Positions 24,156 to 32,784 of a stretch of 64,000 bases of DNA are shown here, one piece after another. The number at the start of each line of letters is the position of its first letter. Positions within the stretch are counted from its first letter, which is position 1. The DNA is from Octopus vulgaris (Eukaryota): assembly GCA_951406725.2 (NCBI GenBank), contig OX597834.1, positions 22,568,001 through 22,632,000 of the forward strand, given 5' to 3'. The position numbers and the translations under genes are program-made. The notes under the pieces were generated by a model that saw only the letters and a program-made list of their open reading frames with translations, made no database searches and was not told the DNA's origin.

Positions 24156-25069
24156 TACATACATACATACATGAGGGTGAATCAGAAATACAATTTCATT
24201 ACACACACAAGGTCAATCAGAAATTAATGCAACTTTTATTTGCATTACTTTTTGAAGATAAGACAAAAAGTAAGGCAAATAAAAATTGCCTTACTGTCTA
24301 ACTCACACTTGTATATGCGATTGTATGTATGTATGTATGTGTGTGTGTGTGTGTGCATACATATAATGTATACATAATGGAGGCAAAGGTGCAAAGTAAT
24401 TTTCATTGAACCACATCTTCCTCATTACACTACAGGGACTTGTTTTTATCTCTCAGTGACCAGAAGGATAAAGGACAAAGCAGAATTTGAATCTAGATCT
24501 GATAGACAGCAAAACATTTTAACCAGACAGCAGGAGGCAGATAGTTCACATAATAATAGCACCGCCTTTATGAAAAATGAAAGTCAGAATTTTAGCTGTA
24601 TGCAAGTATAAACGCATATACACATACATATACACACACATACATGTGTATATATTCATGACACACACATACACTCAGTAGTCGTATAAATGGTATGCTT
24701 TTTAAGTTCCATATATTATATACACTGAAGTATCAGCTGTAGAATTGAATGCAAGCATATAAAGCTAAATTTCTTTTTGTGGTACTTAAAAAAAATAGGT
24801 GCTCAATGTACCTGGAGTGTATGTACACATTGTATGAATGCATGTAAATTACGATGAAAGTAAACAGACAAAGTTTGCTTTAGAAGCGTTGAGATGTATT
24901 GAAAAATACAGAAATAATTAATTCTCAAATGCAGAATAATACTAAGAGAACAGCAGGGACAGGATAAAATATACATATTATTGCAGAAAAATTTTTCTGC
25001 AAATATATGGATATTTTATTATGTTCCTGCAATTTTGTTTGTATATTCTGCACTTGAGAATTAATTATA

Positions 25070-25111
<42 letters not shown>

Positions 25112-25559
25112 CATATATATATATATATATAAAATCCAGCTTAGAGAAGAAGAAACCAAACCAAACCAAACGAATCGAATCGAATCATATATATATAGAT
25201 ATACACACATATATATATATATGTATACGTATGTATGTATGTATATATAGGTCATTCTCATAGTACCTGCAGTTAAGTGTTTTAGTACACTAACACTTCG
25301 TGTTTGATAGAGAGCAACAAATAACAACAACAAAAATATTAATAATTATAACAGTTATAATAATGATAATAATAATAATAATAATAATAAAAATAAAAAT
25401 AATAATAATAATAATAAATATTCTGCCCAGTTAATTAAGATCTTATAACGCAATCAGTGAAAATAAGAAGAATATAAATATATAATAAAACAAGAATGAT
25501 GTAATCATTTTCATATAGATACATAATGCCTTAACAGCAGTTTAATAATAGAATATAAT

Positions 25560-25598
<39 letters not shown>

Positions 25599-25765
25599 TA
25601 TATATATACATATACACACATATATATATATATATGCATATATACATATATATATGTATGTATGTATACTTATAGACGCACATACATATACACACACATG
25701 CACATACTCAAATACATGTCATTATATATTATGTTATAAATATGTATGGGCATATATATATGTGT

Positions 25766-25812
<47 letters not shown>

Positions 25813-25940
25813 GTGTGTGTATGTGTTTGTATATGTATATATGTGTGTGTGTGTATATCTATATACATATATATATGTCTATATACATATATATATATTT
25901 ATATATGTATATATATCTATATATGTGTGTATGTGTATGA

Positions 25941-25990
<50 letters not shown>

Positions 25991-26009
25991 ATATATGTGT
26001 GTATGTGTG

Positions 26010-26044
<35 letters not shown>

Positions 26045-26085
26045 CTATATATATCTATATATGTGTGTATGTGTATGAGTGTGTG

Positions 26086-26122
<37 letters not shown>

Positions 26123-26130
26123 TATATATA
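25560..26130. repeat. Compound (TA)/(CA)/(TG) microsatellite block just 3' of the IST1 stop
   Basis: Direct reading. Similar blocks lie at ~22975-23160, 23960-24170, 27630-28010, 51680-51845 and 62225-62330. Confidence 0.95.
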
Positions 26131-26185
26131 ATGTTATTGGACAGGTTTTGTTAGTAAATTCCCCTTAATTAGAACAGAGAGCAGT

Positions 26186-26449
26186 TTATTTTTTCTTTTT
26201 CAGTTCCTCAAATCGTCTGGTGAGATCATCAAAATCCACATCTTCACCTGATTCTTGTACAGACGCATGGTTACCAATGTCTGGAAGAGTGTTTGAAGGA
26301 ACAGCTGGTAAGTCTGGGAACATATCGACTTGCTTTGGTTGGTTAGGTTGATTGATGACAAAGCCGATAGGTGCTGGTGGGTACTTGTTTTCTGAGGGCT
26401 TTGTTGGAATTCCAGATGGGACATTTTGATTAGCAGCAGATATCGATGC
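26186..26449 (-). CDS. IST1: IST1 homolog, terminal coding exon with MIT-interacting motifs
   Basis: Acceptor TTTTCACAG ends at 26450, phase 0, compatible with the upstream donor. Encodes ASISAAN...FPDLPAVP...VDFDDLTRRFEELKKKK*, i.e. a MIM2-like Pro motif and the C-terminal MIM1 typical of IST1. TAA stop at 26188-26186. Confidence 0.95.
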   Translation of the reverse strand, partial: ASISAANQNVPSGIPTKPSENKYPPAPIGFVINQPNQPKQVDMFPDLPAVPSNTLPDIGNHASVQESGEDVDFDDLTRRFEELKKKK

Positions 26450-26985
26450 CTGTGAAAATGAACAAAAAATATTCCTGTATGGGAAAGTGAGTTTTACAAT
26501 GATGATGATGATGATGATAATGACAATGATGATGGTGATGAAAATATACATTTAAATAGCTGTGAGATGGAAGGGTGAACTTACTGACCACATGGTCTTA
26601 AACCTACATCATAAGATACTCACACACACAAATCTATTTATCTATATGTATATGCATGTGTGTGTGTGTTTGTATATATGATAAAATGAATAGAAATGGC
26701 CTTTGCTGATAAATTTTCCACTTTAATAATTCGATGTTTATAAATTATTAGGTGTTTACAGAAAGTGACTTTGATAGGAGTTCCTTGCTTAAAAGCAGTT
26801 TTCAAATTGATATTTTAAAGTTTGTTAATCACTACTTAAAATAGAGAGTGTTTACAAACAAACATCACACACACACACACACACACAAACACACTAATAA
26901 CCTGGCATAGAACTCAATATACATATGTCTCAGGCTAATTTCATATTCTTTATCTACTCATCCATTTTGCAACAAGAATACTTAC

Positions 26986-27460
26986 GGCAGGATAATTGAA
27001 AGGAGATCCACAGGATTGAACCGGAGGAATCGTCGAGCCACCACCGCCACCACCACCACCACCACCAGATATGTTTCCGCCTGGCCGACCAAACATTTTG
27101 TCGTTCTTGTCCATGTCTGGGTGGTTCAAGTCAAAGTCAATCAAATTGTCTACGGAGCAACCTTCTTCAAACTGTGCCATTACTGAAGCATCCGGAACAA
27201 ATGGTACATTGTATGTCTTAGCAATCTCAATCATGTACCGTTCCACTAAAATTTTAGGCGGCGCCTGCACGCTGAGTTTGTGCATCACTTTCTCGCTGAC
27301 ATTATTAAGTGCGTTTGTCCGACATGCTTGTGCGAATTCCTTGCCATATTTTGCTCCAAACTGTTCAGAGATCTGTTTGAATTCTTGAATGTCACTCTGA
27401 AGTCGAGGTGTCACCCATATCAGACTTGCAATGGCTTCTTCAAGACCAGAATCTAATTCT
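26986..27460 (-). CDS. IST1: IST1 homolog (ESCRT-III-associated factor), penultimate coding exon
   Basis: Translates to (K)ELDSGLEEAIASLIWVTPRLQSDIQEFKQISEQFGAKYGKEFAQACRTNALNNVSEKVMHKLSVQAPPKILVERYMIEIAKTYNVPF...PFNYPA, closely matching the IST1 core as I recall it (ELDSGL..LIW..PRLQS, HKLSV.APPKILVERY.IEIAK.YNVP). Minus-strand acceptor TTTTTTTCAG ends at 27461 (phase 2). Donor GTAAGT starts at 26985 (phase 0). Exon length 475 nt. Confidence 0.95.
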
Positions 27461-27634
27461 CTGAAAAAAAAACAAAGAAACAATTCAATAGAAATACATG
27501 ACAGTGTGTGTGTGTGTGCATGCGTGTGCAAGAGAGACTCAAAATGTCAGACTTCGTTATGCAAAATGTCAGACTTCGTTATGCCAATTTTATACTGGGG
27601 TGACTTCAGTTATGACTGAGACACAAATATATCC

Positions 27635-27663
<29 letters not shown>

Positions 27664-27669
<6 letters not shown>

Positions 27670-27739
27670 GAAAGAAGGTTTGAAAATGCAATATTAAAAA
27701 ATCTTTTAAAATTGCATTTTCAAACCTTCTTTCATATAT
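27664..27739. repeat. Inverted repeat, 29-bp arms, 18-nt spacer
   Basis: ATATATGAAAGAAGGTTTGAAAATGCAAT ... ATTGCATTTTCAAACCTTCTTTCATATAT, set among (TA)n tracts. Confidence 0.9.
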
Positions 27740-27774
27740 GATTCCATTCATGCGGTACCTTACAACTTCACTTT

Positions 27775-27811
<37 letters not shown>

Positions 27812-27860
27812 ATATAATATAATATATAAATATAGATATATGCATATATACCTACATATA

Positions 27861-27896
<36 letters not shown>

Positions 27897-28262
27897 AAAT
27901 AAATATATGCATATATACCTACATATATGTACATACCTGTATGTATGTATGTATGTGTGTGTGTGTGTGTGTATGTATGTAAGTATGTATGTATGTATGT
28001 ATGGGTAGAGGACATAAAAGAAAACGTCAACAAATTGAGAAACGAGAACATAAAAAACAAAAACAAAGTAAACAACCTTTTTTTCAGACAACAAAAGAAA
28101 CAAATAGAGAAACAAGACAGGTAACATAAAGAACATTCCCTTCATCAGTTGTCCCCTGTTTTATCTACTCTGCATTTCGATGGTAGGGACAAGACGCGAC
28201 TTCGTTAAAACAGTCCTTCCCGTAAAGCAAATTAAATAAAATTTGGGATTTTTTGCGGAGGA

Positions 28263-28490
28263 TTAACCCTTTCGTAACTGTATTTATTTTGAGATGCTCT
28301 GTGTTTCTTTCAATTACTTTAAATATAACAAAGAATTTAGTAAAATAACTTGGTTATCACTAAGTTGGTGTTAGGAACATAAATTGTGACTAAGGTTTGG
28401 TGGAAGATTTTAATTCAAAATTCATGAAAACAAGACATTTGTACTCAGAGCCAGAGGCGGTTTCAGCCAGGTTGGTAACAAAAGGGTTAA
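28263..28490. mobile_element. TTAA-flanked MITE, family D
   Basis: TTAA-CCCTTTCG ... AAAAGGG-TTAA. Other copies at 36802-37030, 43509-43735 and ~49636-49865. Confidence 0.8.
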
Positions 28491-28944
28491 AGTGGTAACA
28501 AAAACAGGACAGTAAGAACAAAATGGTAAAAACAAATGGTGAGGGCTACATACATACATATACACACACACACGTATATATACATACACACATATATACA
28601 TATATAACTATAGATATACATATATACATACATATACATACATTCACACACATCTATATATATATATATCATCATCATCATCATCATCGTTTAACGTCCG
28701 CTTTCCATGCTAGCATGGGTTGGACGTTTCAACTGGGGTCTGGCAAGCCCGAAGGCTGCACCAGGCCAGTCAGATCTGGCAGTGTTTCTACAGCTGGATG
28801 CCCTTCCTAACGCCAACCACTCCGAGAGTGTAGTGGGTGATTTTATGTGCCACCGACACAGGTGCCAGACGAGGCTGGCAGACGGCCACGCTCGGATGGT
28901 GTTTTTTATGTGCCACCAACACAGGTGCCAGACAAGGCTGGCTG

Positions 28945-28986
<42 letters not shown>

Positions 28987-29022
28987 AAAAAGGAGATGTC
29001 GAACACGAGTGGTGATATATAA

Positions 29023-29248
29023 AAAAGGAAATGAAGAAAATGCTGACAAATAATTGAAGTAATTTAAGTAATTTAATTAGGTGAAAGTTCTTTTTACCGG
29101 TTGCGCATTTGTTATGCTTATCAAAATATTTTGATAAGCATAACAAATATTATGATAAGCATAACAAATGCGCAACCGGTAAAAAGAACTTTCACCTAAT
29201 TAAATTACTTAAATTACTTCAATTATTTGTCAGCATTTTCTTCATTTC

Positions 29249-29253
<5 letters not shown>
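29023..29253. repeat. Palindrome, 101-bp arms, with a central 21-nt duplication
   Basis: 29023-29123 versus 29153-29253 are reverse complements. Zero-spacer centre at 29127/29128; 29128-29148 is repeated as 29149-29169. Confidence 0.95.
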
Positions 29254-29294
<41 letters not shown>

Positions 29295-29566
29295 TGAGTG
29301 AGTGAACAAGCAAAAAGTAGCAGCTGACACATTCGATAGAAGTCACATAGAATCTTTAATAACACTTGGACTCAGCTCCACATGACCCAGAGTTTCATGG
29401 ATGCATACATACAAATCCTTTTTACCAGCTGAATGGTCTGGAGGGACATGAAATAAAATTGACTTGCTCAGGAATTGAACTCATGACCGTATTATCATGA
29501 ACGAAATACCCTAACCACTAAACCAAGAAACTAAAAGAAGGAAGTTGTGTGTGAGAGAGAGAGAGG

Positions 29567-29616
<50 letters not shown>

Positions 29617-29746
29617 TTACTTGATGGCCTTACCACCACAAATGCTGGTGAAATGACTTTTTTAACCTCCCAGTCCAAACAGTTTAACCTCACGGTCATA
29701 TGGCACCTGATGATGATGCTGATGAATATGGTGATAGAAGCAGTGA

Positions 29747-29777
<31 letters not shown>

Positions 29778-29999
29778 AGTTGTGGTTGTGACAAAGACGG
29801 CAATGACAATATTAGGTCTGTCATAGCTAGCACGAGATATTATGGATGTGCACGATCACAAGGTTAAGAGATTAACCTCTTTATTTACAATCCAACTTTG
29901 GTTTTACAATGACAGCAATCTCTCTCATTCTCTCTCCCTTTCTCTTATATATGTATATGTATGTGTGTGTATGCATGTGTGCACGTGCACAGAAGTATG

Positions 30000-30048
<49 letters not shown>

Positions 30049-30105
30049 AGGTTTGGAGATGATGTACAGGTATTATATATTAGAAGAAATGAGGTAATCA
30101 GAAGA

Positions 30106-30316
30106 TCGGATGGTTTATATTTACAGATATTTATTTATATATTACATTTTTTATATATATATCATATCACTTAGATCATTAGCACTTTCACCCATTCTAG
30201 TGGGGTTATTTGAAAACCCCACTAGAATGGGAGAAAGCGCTAATGATCTAAGTGATATGATATATATATAAAAAATGTAATATATAAATAAATATCTGTA
30301 AATATAAACCATCCGA
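30106..30316. repeat. Palindrome, 102-bp arms, 7-nt spacer
   Basis: 30106-30207 versus 30215-30316, 2 mismatches seen; looser pairing continues outward; (TA)n on both sides. Confidence 0.95.
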
Positions 30317-30342
30317 TTCTTCTCATTTCTTCTCATTTCTTC

Positions 30343-30373
<31 letters not shown>

Positions 30374-30384
30374 TTTATAGAAGG

Positions 30385-30435
30385 AGCTTCTACAGGACTA
30401 GAACTGTTTCGTTCAAATGAAATCATCAGGAAGCC
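30385..30435 (-). ncRNA. Type I hammerhead ribozyme, mirror copy
   Basis: Reverse complement reads GGCUUC-CUGAUGA-U UUCA UU UGAA C-GAA-ACAG UUCUAGUC CUGU-A/GAAGCU. Core intact; predicted cleavage between 30391 and 30390. Confidence 0.8.
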
Positions 30436-30440
30436 AATCA

Positions 30441-30491
30441 GGCTTCCTGATGATTTCATCTGAATGAAACAGTTCTAGTCCTGTAGAAGCT
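30441..30491 (+). ncRNA. Type I hammerhead ribozyme (Penelope-like)
   Basis: GGCUUC-CUGAUGA-U UUCA UC UGAA U-GAA-ACAG UUCUAGUC CUGU-A/GAAGCU. Stem I has 6 bp, stem III 4 bp, the catalytic core is intact, and a GUA triplet predicts cleavage after 30485. Confidence 0.8.
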
Positions 30492-30573
30492 CCTTCTATA
30501 AAATAAATTAATTTACTCTGCAATGTATTGAGTACCTTATTTACTGTGGTTAACCCCGACTCAACCCGGGACC

Positions 30574-30630
<57 letters not shown>

Positions 30631-30730
30631 ATATATCATCATTGTCATCGTTTAATGTCCGCTTTCCATGCTGGCATGGGCTGGACGGTTTGACTGAGGG
30701 CTGGCGAGCCAGAAGGCTGCACCAGACACA

Positions 30731-30942
30731 CAGGTCCTGAGGAAAGCTGATATCTTGATTATTGAGGTGATGGTGCACAAACACTGGTTACATTGGACTG
30801 GACACCTTATTAGAATGAAGGATAGCAGGATCTCTAAACAAATGCTATGTAGGGAACTTGTTAGAAGAAAGAGACCCTGACAGAAACCAAGGCTGCAATT
30901 TAAGGACTGTATTAAGTCCATATTAAAGGCCTACCAACTTTG
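30731..30942 (+). mobile_element. RTE-clade LINE C-terminal fragment (decayed)
   Basis: QVLRKADILIIEVMVHKHWLHWTGHLIRMKDSRISKQMLCRELVRRKRP*QKPRLQFKDCIK matches the RTE motif RLRW.GH..RM...R.PKQ.LY.EL..GKR..G.P..R.KD. Confidence 0.8.
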
Positions 30943-31672
30943 AGTAGCACTCGTCTAGACTATGCTTTAATAAAAAGGGTCTTCTCTGAGGCTAAACAAC
31001 AACAGTGACAACAACATGGCAGTATAAGGAGGAAAGGGTTCACATGGTTGCTTGATCTATTAGAAATAGCAACCAATTCTACATTGAATCATACCCAAGC
31101 ATGTAAAATTAAGAGACAGATGATTAATGTTAGATGATGTAATCGAATCCTAGATACATAATGTTTAACAGGGAAGAGATAAGAAGAGGGCGGCAGGATG
31201 ATCATGGTTGGAATCACAGCAAGTACACTCCTGACACTTCACTCACTACAAAATGGCCAATCTGAAAGTTATCTATCATAGGTAGCCAAACCATTTCTGC
31301 CAGAGATAATAAAATTACAACGAAATCTTTTTATGAAATGACCAAGAGAACCATTATCAGCATCTGGAAAGGTTTCTTATTGCTTGAGGCTAAGGGAGAT
31401 GAGGCAACTTTCCAATATTGGCAGATAACCAGGCAACAACAACAGCAGTACTGATGGTGGTAGTAACAGCAGCAATAGTAGTAATAGTTTCAAAATTTGG
31501 CACAAAGTGAGCAATTCTGAGGAGAAGGACAAGTTGATTGCAATAACTCCAAAAGGCTGAAAGGCAAAGTCTACCTCAGTAAAATTTGAATTCGGAATAA
31601 AAAGACAGATAAAATGCTGCTTAGCATTTTGCCTGGTGTGCTAACAATTCACTGCCTTAATAATAATAATAA

Positions 31673-31713
<41 letters not shown>

Positions 31714-32000
31714 ATAATAATAATCCGTGACGTCTATAATAATAATGATAATACCCCAGTGTCACTTTGATAGTATGCATTGCTCTCTCACTCAATAATA
31801 ATAATAATAAACAAGAAGCAATAAATATTATCTCTGGTTACTGTGTCCTGGTTAAAAAGTTATACATCCACAGACATATCAGAGCTAGTGCTTATATACA
31901 TCGGAAGTTGTGCCAGCACTATGGAATGACAACAGGAAAAAGATGGTATAGGCATACACCAGAAAAAGTCTCAGAAAATGACAAAACAACCATACTCTGG

Positions 32001-32280
32001 TGTAAAGTATAGAAGCCATCTTAACATGGCTAACCACATAGGGGTGGGTGTGTTACTGTAGCTTTATAGCCCCAAGAGATTGTCGTCTCCAGCTGGCTTT
32101 AGACACCATTTCAGTGCCCTTGAAGTATTTGCAAAGGGAGGCCATCCCTTCCTCGCAAGCCTGAGTGATACGCTCGGACTAGTTTCGGGATTTTTGTCCC
32201 TCGTCAACGGGCGGTAACCACCAGGCCGCGATGAAAGTGAAGGCTCCTTTGCAAATATATAAGAGTTTTTCTAGTGACGT
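32001..32280 (-). mobile_element. 280-bp hammerhead-bearing non-autonomous element with a 6-bp TSD
   Basis: Interrupts the R4-like ORF exactly at LW; CTCTGG is duplicated at 31995-32000 and 32281-32286. Carries the hammerhead at 32171-32213 enclosed by an inverted repeat (ATTTGCAAAGGGAGGCC / GGCTCCTTTGCAAAT). Confidence 0.75.
32171..32213 (-). ncRNA. Minimal hammerhead motif with one core change (C3U)
   Basis: CGCCCG-UUGACGA-GGGA CAAAAA UCCC-GAA-ACUAGU-C/CGAGCG. Stem II has 4 bp, helix III is the palindrome ACUAGU, triplet GUC, stem I pairs 5/6. Confidence 0.7.
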
Positions 32281-32736
32281 CTCTGGGATATACAGATACA
32301 TACAGATAGAGAGATCAAGGCTGGTAGACCAGATATTGTTGTCAGGGACCCCAAGAAAAGAATGCCTTCTAACTGACATATCGGTCCTAACAAGCAACAC
32401 TGTATCTATAAAAGAAATGGAGAAACTCTCAAAATACAAAGATCTGGAAATAGAGAAAATGCAAATGTAGAGGTCAGAAGATAGGAATAATCCTGATGAT
32501 AATAGGTGCATTAGGCACAGTTAAAAAACATACAGACAAATACACAACCAAAACATCCGGACTTATGAATATATATAACATAGAGAAAATAGCACTGCTA
32601 GGCACTGCATACAGCCTCTGCAAAGCGCTTTCAACACAGTAAAAATAGCATCACTAAAACAAACCACAGCACGTGCCCAAGGCACACAGAGCTGTGCTCA
32701 GTAGTGCAGTAAAAGCACGTAATAAAAACAGAACAA

Positions 32737-32784
<48 letters not shown>

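Larger units (their letters stand above)
30369..30507. repeat. Palindrome, 67-bp arms, 5-nt spacer, flanked by (TA)n
   Basis: 30369-30435 is the reverse complement of 30441-30507 with 2 mismatches; spacer AATCA. Confidence 0.95.
31812..32782 (+). mobile_element. 5'-truncated R4/Dong/NeSL-like non-LTR retrotransposon (RLE endonuclease end), decayed and interrupted
   Basis: QEAINIISGYCVLVKKLYIHRH..ASAYIHRKLCQHYG...W...PEKVSENDKTTILW (decayed CCHC knuckle region). After the insertion: LWDIQIHTDREIKAGRPDIVV...CLLTDISV...KEMEKLSKYKDLEIE...IIGALGTV...KIALLGTA (PD-(D/E)xK domain). Frameshifts and stops present; ends in (AAT)n at ~32741-32782. Confidence 0.85.

Noticed and set aside
24981-25002. 22-bp perfect palindrome TTGCAGAAAAATTTTTCTGCAA
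   Set aside because: Short, A/T-centred and with no associated structure; could arise by local fold-back.
26450-26551. N-terminal extension of the 121-aa ORF, and likewise 27461-27531 of the 193-aa ORF
   Set aside because: Intronic read-through upstream of clear AG acceptors; IST1 similarity starts exactly at the splice sites.
27540-27583. 22-bp direct tandem duplication 80 nt from the IST1 acceptor
   Set aside because: An ordinary slippage duplication outside the polypyrimidine tract.
28015-28262. CTGATGA (minus strand, 28142-28148) and a nearby CGAAATGC as a hammerhead
   Set aside because: The order and pairing do not give a coherent three-way junction.
22907-29297. YIYIYI, ICIC and HTHT ORFs around 22.9-26.1 kb and 27.8-29.3 kb (also 51.7, 62.2 and 63.1 kb)
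   Set aside because: Dinucleotide microsatellite artefacts.
32130-32200. HDV-like ribozyme on the + strand (TCCTCGC loop)
   Set aside because: P1 and J4/2 spacing could not be satisfied; the minus-strand hammerhead explains the sequence better.
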